From Ruminococcus sp. (GTDB lineage: Bacteria > Bacillota > Clostridia > Oscillospirales > Ruminococcaceae), in the NCBI GenBank assembly GCA_045539715.1, contig JAZQFV010000011.1, forward strand, positions 1-8,698: a stretch of 8,698 nucleotides of DNA, read 5' to 3'. Positions 1 to 6,124 of this stretch are shown here, in pieces. Below the pieces are notes generated by a model that was not told the origin of the DNA, did not search any database, and saw only the letters and a list, made by a program, of their open reading frames with translations. The translations under genes and the position numbers were made by a program. The first letter of the stretch is position 1, and every line of letters starts with the position of its first letter.

Positions 1-36
1 TTGACGAAACCGTGCTTCTTGTGCTATACTATTCAT
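1..36 (-). CDS. 5' end of an unidentified gene that runs off the left edge (MNSIAQEARFRQ...)
   Basis: Minus-strand ATG at 36-34 with AAGGAG (plus 45-50) 8 nt upstream. The frame stays open to position 1. Only 12 codons are visible, so no product can be assigned. Confidence 0.35.
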   Translation of the reverse strand, partial: MNSIAQEARFRQ

Positions 37-38
37 TG

Positions 39-103
39 AAACAACTCCTTTTTGATACTTTGTTTTGGTGGTACTTAACATTATATCATATTTGGAGTTG
101 TTT
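39..103. repeat. Perfect 10-bp inverted repeat AAACAACTCC / GGAGTTGTTT with a 45-nt spacer
   Basis: Arms at 39-48 and 94-103 are exact reverse complements. The arm at 39-48 covers the Shine-Dalgarno sequence of the gene starting at 36. The arm at 94-103 lies in the spacer of the predicted promoter at 80-108. Confidence 0.6.
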
Positions 104-108
104 TTCTA
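80..108 (-). promoter_or_regulatory. Putative sigma-A type promoter with extended -10
   Basis: The minus strand reads TAGAAA (103-108), a 17-nt spacer, then TGaTATAAT (80-88). It sits in the 106-nt gap between the VirB6-like stop (143) and the next start (36). This is a motif match only. Confidence 0.45.
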
Positions 109-142
109 TTCTTTCTGTCAACTATCTATTGTATCATAACAC

Positions 143-1066
143 TCACGTCTTTGTAAATGCCTTAGCAACTCTTGAGCCAAGGCTCACCGTACTGCTCACA
201 CTCATCATATTGACTCTGACACTTGTGTCAAGTCCAAACATCTGAGCAATTCTCGGTACTTCGTTGGCAGATAAACAGATTCCCACCGCAAGCAATGCAT
301 GCTGTGTGTAGGTCAGCAATCCTATATACAGAATCGTTGTCTGCAAAAATGCTGTCAGACAGGTTGCAATGACCTGTTTCATCCAGCTGTAAAAGCCGTC
401 GATCATACCTCTTGGAACAGAGAATAGGTACAGACTTCCAACTGCAATCTGGCATAAAAGAATACCGCCTCGCTTTATGTTTGCAAACACAACCTTGATG
501 GTACAGTATCCGAACAGGATAATGAAGAATAAGCTGAACAGTGATACATCCGATGCCAGTGCTACAATAACAGAAAGTGCAGAGCCTGCAACTGTATCCG
601 TCGTTGAGCCTATCAAATTGCCAAGCAGGTCTGTGGCAAATGTGCCTTGTAAACTTGTACAAAAACTATATAATCGCTGCGGTACAACCGTAACGAGATT
701 TGCCGCCATAAAGCCTTTCAGCACATTCAGACACGTATTCTTGATATTTGCCTGCCCTGATTCATAGGCAATGGCAGTATCGAATACAGCTACCACAAGC
801 CCACAGGCGAATAGCATCCATGCAAGATTATGGAACAGAGCTATAAATGCCTGCACCCATGATAGTGTAAAGATATCTGAGGTGCTGCTGTTGATGAATT
901 CAAACAAGTCTGCAATACCACCGTAGATAAGGTTGAACAGCCACTCGAACATGGTTTCCCATATCCAGTCGCCGATAGCCTCGGTTGCACCTCCGATTGT
1001 GCTGTCCCATAGGGATGAGATACCGTCACCGAACCAATCAATGGCATCACCAATCCAATCAAACAT
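143..1066 (-). CDS. VirB6/TrbL-like polytopic T4SS membrane protein
   Basis: 307-aa ORF with ATG at 1066 and GAGGTGAGG 6 nt upstream. It has an Asp/Trp/Gly-rich hydrophilic N-terminus (DWIGDAIDWFGDGISSLWD) followed by about six hydrophobic helices. This matches my recollection of TrbL/VirB6-like proteins of Firmicutes conjugative elements, and the gene lies next to a coupling-protein gene. Confidence 0.75.
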   Translation of the reverse strand: MFDWIGDAIDWFGDGISSLWDSTIGGATEAIGDWIWETMFEWLFNLIYGGIADLFEFINSSTSDIFTLSWVQAFIALFHNLAWMLFACGLVVAVFDTAIAYESGQANIKNTCLNVLKGFMAANLVTVVPQRLYSFCTSLQGTFATDLLGNLIGSTTDTVAGSALSVIVALASDVSLFSLFFIILFGYCTIKVVFANIKRGGILLCQIAVGSLYLFSVPRGMIDGFYSWMKQVIATCLTAFLQTTILYIGLLTYTQHALLAVGICLSANEVPRIAQMFGLDTSVRVNMMSVSSTVSLGSRVAKAFTKT

Positions 1067-1069
1067 CGG

Positions 1070-1288
1070 TTACCTCACCTCGCTTCTGCATAAAAAATCA
1101 GCCCTTTCGGACTGATTAGCATTGATTTTTTCTTTTGCTGATGCAAGCCGCTTGGTGCTTGCATACATTCTGCCTGCCATGCAGTACCGACAGTCGCCGT
1201 GATTGCGGCAGGACTTGTCCACCGCTTTCGCACCTCTGTACGGTCTGCGGTATTCGTTCTTTTGTAAAATCGCTTTTTCTAAACTCAT
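1070..1288 (-). CDS. Small basic Cys/His-containing protein (possible zinc knuckle), function unknown
   Basis: 72-aa ORF with ATG at 1288 and GGAGG 5 nt upstream. It carries the motif C-R-N-H-G-D-C-R-Y-C (CxxHxxCxxC). It sits 26 nt after the HTH gene, and its stop is 3 nt before the next start. The last ~17 codons run through a terminator-like hairpin, so the C-terminal tail may not be conserved. Confidence 0.6.
   Translation of the reverse strand: MSLEKAILQKNEYRRPYRGAKAVDKSCRNHGDCRYCMAGRMYASTKRLASAKEKINANQSERADFLCRSEVR
1091..1117 (-). terminator. Intrinsic-terminator-like hairpin inside the 3' end of the small Cys/His ORF
   Basis: The minus strand reads AATCAGTCC-GAAA-GGGCTGATT followed by TTTTT. 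This is a 9-bp stem with a GAAA loop. The single imperfect pair is a G.U wobble on the minus-strand RNA but a C/A mismatch on the plus strand, which favours minus-strand function. Confidence 0.5.
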
Positions 1289-1314
1289 TTCGACCTCCAG
1301 TTTTTTTAATAGTT

Positions 1315-1572
1315 TTATTCCTTAATCCTGTACAGCGAGGAGCTTTTTCCACCATGCACACGCCTGCGTGGCGTTCTTGTAATCAGCTGAGCATTTTCCA
1401 AATCATTCAGTGCACGGAATACTGTTCTTTTGCTCAGATGCAGATCCTCTGCAATTGTCCTGACCGACGGAAAACATTCTCGCTGTTTATTTGCCCTGTC
1501 ACACAAATAGCAATAAACAGTAACCGCACGGTGCGGCAGCTTCATGTCGTAGATTCGTCTTGCACTCAGCAT
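1315..1572 (-). CDS. Small winged-helix/HTH DNA-binding protein
   Basis: 85-aa ORF whose ATG directly abuts the upstream stop (TAAATG at 1575-1570), with GGGAGGGAGG upstream. The segment FPSVRTIAEDLHLSKRTVFRALNDLENAQLI is a classic helix-turn-helix pattern of the small HTH proteins found in Gram-positive ICEs. Confidence 0.75.
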   Translation of the reverse strand: MLSARRIYDMKLPHRAVTVYCYLCDRANKQRECFPSVRTIAEDLHLSKRTVFRALNDLENAQLITRTPRRRVHGGKSSSLYRIKE

Positions 1573-3354
1573 TTACCTCCCTCCCGTCTTGACATTCACA
1601 GGCTTGTGGGGCGTTTCTTCCGGAAAGACCTCCTCCGTATATTCTTCCTCAACAGGAACAACCACCTTTTTCTGGGGATACTTGATTTCAATCTCACGGA
1701 TTAGCTCGTCACGTTCCATATATGAAACTGCTCTTGCACCCTTGTCAGGCAGGAGATATGGCTCTCCGAATTGAATACCCCATTTAAAGTACAGCTTGAG
1801 CTTTGAAATCATGGGATGTGTGCCTGTTTTCATGACAATAAACTGTCCTTTGGGCATGGATTTCAGCTCATCAACCGTCATCAGCGGTCTGCCAATCATC
1901 TGTAGGGATTGGCTTTTTTCTCTGCCGTGGGATACTGTACCTGACAGAACGGTTTGTTCACCAAGTGCTTTTGATAGCACTTCTGCCGATTGCGAATTCG
2001 GAGCAAAGCCACCGAACACTGTCAGCTGTGTGTTGTCTGTTATTATCTCCATGCCTTGTTTTCCGTAATTCTGTTCTAGCTGTGCAAAGGACTGGATAAT
2101 CGCTACAATGGATATTTTTCTGGAACGTCCTGCGGAAAACATAGCTTCTGCACCCTCGATTTTCGGGAAGGTGCCGAACTCGTCACAATAGAACATGACT
2201 CTGTTCGGCAGTGCGCCACCATTCTCATCAGCGATAACAAGTATTTCTCTGTACAGCTGCTGAATCAGCAGACTTACCATAAAATACTTACTTGTATCTT
2301 CCTCCGGAAGTATAATGAAAATTGCTGACTTTTCACTGCAGAAACGTTCTGCGTCAACGGCTGTACCGAAACACAGAAGCTGTTCCATCTCGGAATCAAG
2401 AAAGCTATTAAGTCGTGATAATGCTGTACTCATAACAGAGAGCATTGCCTGGTCTGCGGAATTAAGAGCTGCACCTGCCAGCCATTTTGCCTTATGCTCG
2501 GAGGGTAGCTTTTCCATTAGTTTTGTAAAATACATCTGTGATTTCGCCTTTGGGGATGGCTGATATTTTGCAAGCAAGTCCTGAATCAGCTTGAACACGG
2601 ACACGATATGGCGTTCATTCTTTTCGCCAAACTCAGCAAGCAATAATATCACAGAACTTATAAGCCCTTCTGCTGCGTCGTAAAAATACGCATTCTGACC
2701 GTAATTCCCGTCGCCACCACCGATATTGATGATAGTCTTTGCTGTGATCTTTGCGTATTTTTCAGCTTTTGCCTTTGCTGAGAGATTTGTTTTATCGGAG
2801 AGATACTCATCCATATACTTGTTCACAAGGTGCAGAATGTTATTTTCATCCGATCTGGTCGGGTTTCGCAGATCAAGCACAGAAACATTATAACCGTAGC
2901 AGTTTTTGGCGATAGTTCCGTAATTTCGAGCAACGTCGCCTTTGCTGTCGCTTGAGACAAATGACATTCCTGAAGCACAAGCCAATTCTAAGTTCGGATA
3001 TAGGAAAAAGGCGGTTTTTCCTACTCCCGCTGCTCCAATCATAAGGGTATGCACATCTCCTGTGTCAACAAGAGCTGTAGTTTTCCTTCCGTTTCCTCGA
3101 CAGGCTACAATTGTTCCCTGTACTTTTGGAAGATTCTTACCTTTTCTCCACAACCCAGGCTCAAACGGCAGAGAGGAAAAAGTCCTCTTGATTTCACCGT
3201 CTGTTGCAAAGCGGGCGGTTCCATGCTGTCCATTTCCGACCTTTTTTGATTTGATTCCGTTCAGGCTGTAGTTGTCCAGCAGGTTCATAATAACAATAAC
3301 TGCTATGAACACCACAACCAGAACGCCAATTAAAATTGTTTGTCTTTCACTCAA
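1573..3354 (-). CDS. Type IV coupling protein (VirD4/TraG family ATPase)
   Basis: 593-aa ORF. It has an N-terminal TM helix (ILIGVLVVVFIAVIVIMNLL), a Walker A motif GAAGVGKT and a Walker B-like motif VMFYCDEFG. The start is TTG at 3354 with GAAGGAG 8 nt upstream. Confidence 0.92.
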   Translation of the reverse strand: MSERQTILIGVLVVVFIAVIVIMNLLDNYSLNGIKSKKVGNGQHGTARFATDGEIKRTFSSLPFEPGLWRKGKNLPKVQGTIVACRGNGRKTTALVDTGDVHTLMIGAAGVGKTAFFLYPNLELACASGMSFVSSDSKGDVARNYGTIAKNCYGYNVSVLDLRNPTRSDENNILHLVNKYMDEYLSDKTNLSAKAKAEKYAKITAKTIINIGGGDGNYGQNAYFYDAAEGLISSVILLLAEFGEKNERHIVSVFKLIQDLLAKYQPSPKAKSQMYFTKLMEKLPSEHKAKWLAGAALNSADQAMLSVMSTALSRLNSFLDSEMEQLLCFGTAVDAERFCSEKSAIFIILPEEDTSKYFMVSLLIQQLYREILVIADENGGALPNRVMFYCDEFGTFPKIEGAEAMFSAGRSRKISIVAIIQSFAQLEQNYGKQGMEIITDNTQLTVFGGFAPNSQSAEVLSKALGEQTVLSGTVSHGREKSQSLQMIGRPLMTVDELKSMPKGQFIVMKTGTHPMISKLKLYFKWGIQFGEPYLLPDKGARAVSYMERDELIREIEIKYPQKKVVVPVEEEYTEEVFPEETPHKPVNVKTGGR

Positions 3355-3372
3355 AACTTCAACTCCTTCTGT

Positions 3373-3412
3373 AACAGAATAGATTCTTCTTTCTGAGGTT
3401 ATCTATTCTGTT
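3373..3412. repeat. Perfect 12-bp inverted repeat just upstream of the coupling-protein RBS
   Basis: AACAGAATAGAT (3373-3384) and ATCTATTCTGTT (3401-3412) are exact reverse complements separated by 16 nt. No U-tract follows on either strand. The repeat ends 18 nt before the TTG start at 3354. Confidence 0.6.
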
Positions 3413-3480
3413 CCTTTGTATACTTCTCTTTCTAATGACTGTGCGTCACTATCCTGATGACAAAAACAAAAGCACAGCAG

Positions 3481-3801
3481 TTACTCGCCACTATGCTCAT
3501 TGTTCTGCTGATTCTGTTTTACCCACTGATTCCAGAATTTTGTCTGCTTGGAACTCATATATCGCCGCACTTCATAGTACGGAATCCATATCTGTGCTTC
3601 TTCAATTTTCATATATACGATATCCACAATCTCATCAATGTCCTTTTTTGTGGGTTTTCTCTGTTTATCGGTAGCTGTACGAAAAAATTCCGTTTTCAGC
3701 CATGAGGTAATTTTCATAAGCTGTTTGCCTTTCAGATGCCGCATTGTCTTATCTGTCCGAAGCAGTCTGCCATCTATTACTTCATGATTTTTCCTTGACA
3801 T
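3481..3801 (-). CDS. Small basic hypothetical protein (106 aa)
   Basis: ATG at 3801 with AGAGGAG 9 nt upstream, directly downstream of a strong promoter match. The protein is Lys/Arg-rich with no hydrophobic helix. I do not recognise the family. Confidence 0.65.
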   Translation of the reverse strand: MSRKNHEVIDGRLLRTDKTMRHLKGKQLMKITSWLKTEFFRTATDKQRKPTKKDIDEIVDIVYMKIEEAQIWIPYYEVRRYMSSKQTKFWNQWVKQNQQNNEHSGE

Positions 3802-3836
3802 AGATTTCTACTCCTCTGTAACACGTCGTTTTTATC

Positions 3837-3865
3837 ATTATACCAGATTGCTTCATAAAAAGCAA
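3837..3865 (-). promoter_or_regulatory. Putative strong sigma-A promoter internal to the transfer gene array
   Basis: The minus strand reads TTGCTT (3860-3865), a 17-nt spacer, then TGgTATAAT (3837-3845). The -35 element abuts the TAG stop of the primase-like gene (3866-3868). The predicted transcript start lies about 30 nt before the ATG at 3801. Confidence 0.6.
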
Positions 3866-5239
3866 CTAACCATAACCTAAACTCATACCCTCAGAGCATT
3901 CTTCAGTCACCACAATTTCATCCTCAACTGTCTGCATGAACTGCTCCACTTCACATCGGAGAGCACAATCCGCAAGCTCATACAGCAGTTTAGCTGTCTG
4001 TACAGAATGCTCATGGGTTCTGGCAGGCAGTTTCAGATCCTGATACACAGCAGAATAGGCTACATTCAAATTTTCTAATTTTGTGGACATTTTACCTTTA
4101 TCGCCATATGCACGATACTCATCTGCGAGCTTTATTTTCAGCTTTCGGAACATATCCTCACTACCGCCAATAAAAAATGCCGAGCCTGCAAGAGCGTACT
4201 CGGCGAGATATTTATATTGTCTGTTTTGGAATGTGGCAGTAATTCTTTCTGGACGGAATCGCAGGTAAGCAAGTTCTTGCACCTGCTGTCGGAACAATTC
4301 AATTCTTTTATGTGAGACAGCAGGCAATGCTTCTGCACCATTCTGTGCTTTCAGCACTTCATTCCAGTCTTTCATGGTCGGCAGATTTCTCTCTATTTGG
4401 GTATATCCGTGATTTCTTAGAATATCCGTGAGTCTGTCAGTTGCATCGATGCCTCCTTCATCGTTATCTGTACAGATAACAACCCAATCAATATTCGGAT
4501 GTTCTTCCAGTGCAGTCAGCACAGCACTTTCATACACACCATTCATGGCGATATATGAGTGCTGTTCCCATTCCTTTGGATACAGCGTCAGGAATGACAT
4601 CATATCTATGGGAGCTTCAAATACAAACAACATATTACTCTTACCGAAATGGGCGAAGCTGTACTTGGTGTCTGAGCCTTCGATAGTCTGACGGAAGCTG
4701 TTTCCGAATGTGGTTGTGGAGCGTTTGTGAGCCTGCCTTGGGATTCCGCTGCTGACAACGCCTACGAACACGGCATTGTGATGCTTTGTGTCCTCGTAGA
4801 GCAGTTTTCGCTTTGCAAAGTGGGTGATGACCTCCGGTGCAATAAACCTTTGCTTAATGAGATAGGCATAGACTCGGTGCATATTGTCGTTGGCTTCGGG
4901 GAGCTTAAATTCCTTTTTTTCTTTTGCCATGACTGGCTGAACTTCATGGGTAAGGGGCAGAGCTGAGTGACCTAGCAGAGCCTGCATTGCCTCCTGAAAG
5001 TTCATCCCGTAATGCTCACGCATGAATTTAATCGGGCCACCGCCAATCTGATTCTTGTGGTCATACCACTGCGAACCGCTGATGGTAATGCTGTCGTGCT
5101 TGCCGTATCCGTCATGATAGACAAGCTTGAATTCTCTGCCCACGGGGACTAATGTTTCACCTCGCATTCGTAAGAATGTGGGCAGATCTACGCTGTTGGC
5201 GAGCTGTTTCTGCTCGTCGGTGTAGGGGATATATGGCAT
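3866..5239 (-). CDS. DUF3991/Toprim-domain primase-like protein
   Basis: Toprim signatures are present: FVFEAPIDMMSF (conserved Glu) and VVICTDNDEGGIDA (DxD). The N-terminal ~95 aa resemble a DnaG-type zinc-finger region that lacks the Cys ligands. I prefer the ATG at 5239 (MPYIPY...) with GGAGG 8 nt upstream over the track's GTG at 5248, because that GTG overlaps the Shine-Dalgarno sequence. Confidence 0.85.
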   Translation of the reverse strand: MPYIPYTDEQKQLANSVDLPTFLRMRGETLVPVGREFKLVYHDGYGKHDSITISGSQWYDHKNQIGGGPIKFMREHYGMNFQEAMQALLGHSALPLTHEVQPVMAKEKKEFKLPEANDNMHRVYAYLIKQRFIAPEVITHFAKRKLLYEDTKHHNAVFVGVVSSGIPRQAHKRSTTTFGNSFRQTIEGSDTKYSFAHFGKSNMLFVFEAPIDMMSFLTLYPKEWEQHSYIAMNGVYESAVLTALEEHPNIDWVVICTDNDEGGIDATDRLTDILRNHGYTQIERNLPTMKDWNEVLKAQNGAEALPAVSHKRIELFRQQVQELAYLRFRPERITATFQNRQYKYLAEYALAGSAFFIGGSEDMFRKLKIKLADEYRAYGDKGKMSTKLENLNVAYSAVYQDLKLPARTHEHSVQTAKLLYELADCALRCEVEQFMQTVEDEIVVTEECSEGMSLGYG

Positions 5240-5257
5240 GTGTTTCACCTCCGTTCT

Positions 5258-5299
5258 GAAATAGAAAAAGCCGTCTGTGATTGTTAGTCACAAACGGCT
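5258..5299 (-). terminator. Rho-independent terminator
   Basis: The minus strand reads AGCCGTTTGTGA-CTAACAA-TCACAGACGGCT followed by TTTTTCTATTT. This is a 12-bp stem with a 7-nt loop. The one imperfect pair is G.U on the minus RNA and C/A on the plus strand, and the plus strand has no U-tract. Confidence 0.7.
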
Positions 5300-5383
5300 A
5301 TGTAATGTATTCAATTTGTATATTGGAAGCTATAAGCTAATCAAGTAAGCAATATTAAAAGTTGCTTTGAAAATGCTTTGCCT

Positions 5384-5962
5384 TCAGGCGTCAAATGTAT
5401 AAACTTTCTCAAGAGCCAATCCTGTTACGTTATTTTCTTCCATGATTTTTTTAAATCTATCTGATACAAATAAACAAGTGGTGTGTTTGAAACTCCCTAA
5501 ATAAATTTTAAAAATATCCAAATTGAAAGCATCTTCTTTAAACGCATACTTCTTAACAGATCTGATAACTTCCTCTCCCTGTAAATTGTGATTTTTTTTA
5601 CATACGCTTTTATTCAAATCAAGAACATCGTGATACTCGCAAACATTTAAAAGCCACAGTTCCTTTTCATGCTCCTTAAACTGATTACAGACGCACGGAA
5701 GAAATTGAATTGCTAATTCTCTATAGTATTCTTGTATCAAATTTTTTACTTTTGAATTAACAATTATTGTTCCATTCATTCCCCAGTAGTTCATTATATC
5801 AGGGAACCCTTTATCGGTTACCTCGATTTTTAACAACCGTGTGGGTGGACTATCGTTTATCTCTTTGAAATCTGATACCGGATCAAAATGCTGAACTCCA
5901 TTGTTGTCTGTCAAATAAGCATTATTATAGCCTTCGTTGGCAATTACTTTCCAAATATTCAT
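5384..5962 (-). CDS. Imm11/DUF1629-like putative polymorphic-toxin immunity protein (orphan)
   Basis: 192 aa counted from the ATG at 5962 (MNIWKV...), with GAGG 6 nt upstream. The track's TTG at 5974 overlaps the RBS region. The segments FPDI...IIVNSKVKNLIQEY...IQFLPC...WLLNV...DVLDLNKS and the C-terminal LFVSDRFKKIMEENNVTGLALEKV match my recollection of the Imm11/DUF1629 family pattern (lvSe.fk..le...ltG..f.pv). The gene has its own promoter and terminator. This assignment is recall-based, not a search result. Confidence 0.55.
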   Translation of the reverse strand: MNIWKVIANEGYNNAYLTDNNGVQHFDPVSDFKEINDSPPTRLLKIEVTDKGFPDIMNYWGMNGTIIVNSKVKNLIQEYYRELAIQFLPCVCNQFKEHEKELWLLNVCEYHDVLDLNKSVCKKNHNLQGEEVIRSVKKYAFKEDAFNLDIFKIYLGSFKHTTCLFVSDRFKKIMEENNVTGLALEKVYTFDA

Positions 5963-6066
5963 TTTACACCTCAAATCAATTTGTAATCGTTCATCGCAGC
6001 ATAATTATATATGCACGATGAAAAATTACATGAGTTCTTATTTGTACGCTTATCAGCGTTTTATTT

Positions 6067-6095
6067 ATTATACCACACTTTCCATCATTTTTCAA
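6067..6095 (-). promoter_or_regulatory. Putative strong sigma-A promoter for the Imm-like gene
   Basis: The minus strand reads TTGAAA (6090-6095), a 17-nt spacer, then TGgTATAAT (6067-6075). It lies immediately downstream of the hairpin at 6096-6120 and implies a ~100-nt 5' leader before the ATG at 5962. Confidence 0.62.
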
Positions 6096-6120
6096 TATGT
6101 AAAGCCCGAAAATCGGGCTT
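6096..6120 (-). terminator. Hairpin repeat copy 1 (weak terminator-like)
   Basis: The plus strand reads TATGTAAAGCCCGAAAATCGGGCTT. The stem AAGCCCG/CGGGCTT starts 4 nt after the TGA stop at 6125-6127. On the minus strand it is followed only by TTTAC. Confidence 0.45.
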
Positions 6121-6124
6121 GCAA

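Noticed and set aside
1-30. Plus-strand promoter-like motif TTGACG-18 nt-TGcTATACT at the very start of the window. It would face the minus-strand promoter at 80-108 and yield an antisense RNA over the SD and start at 34-50.
   Set aside because: The motif lies inside the coding start of the minus-strand gene, and its -35 sits on the window edge. No plus-strand gene follows: ORF 12-245 starts upstream of the -10 and has no RBS. Hexamer matches like this arise by chance in AT-rich DNA. It is worth a look in dRNA-seq data but is not supportable from sequence alone.
228-662. Nested minus-strand alternative-frame ORFs: 228-662 and 841-1062 inside the VirB6-like gene, 1116-1361, 4138-4341, 4762-4947 and 8002-8220.
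   Set aside because: They are out of frame within better-supported genes. None has an RBS, and their composition is inconsistent with real proteins.
1135-1704. 189-aa plus-strand ORF, along with other plus-strand ORFs such as 477-767, 1796-2068, 2942-3271, 3435-3705, 4428-4691, 6011-6343, 7272-7514, 7555-7821 and 8127-8516.
   Set aside because: All lie antisense to long minus-strand genes that have clear family motifs and RBSs. They lack Shine-Dalgarno sequences and have low-complexity or Cys/Ser-rich shadow-frame composition. They are typical antisense shadow ORFs.
3802-3865. Small hairpin TTGCTT-TTTATG-AAGCAA after the primase-like stop as a terminator.
   Set aside because: The stem is only 6 bp and AT-rich, with no U-tract. 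The sequence is better explained as the -35 region of the promoter at 3837-3865.
5240-5248. Upstream alternative starts reported by the ORF track: GTG 5248, TTG 5974, GTG 6553 and GTG 8656.
   Set aside because: The first three overlap or abut the Shine-Dalgarno sequence that is correctly spaced for an ATG 9-12 nt downstream (5239, 5962, 6544). GTG 8656 is internal, because the frame stays open to the window edge and continues a Cna-B repeat.
6003-6010. A second TATAAT in the Imm-gene leader as an independent promoter.
   Set aside because: There is no acceptable -35 at 16-18 nt and no TG extension. It forms the loop of the palindrome at 5983-6029, so it is treated as part of that structure.
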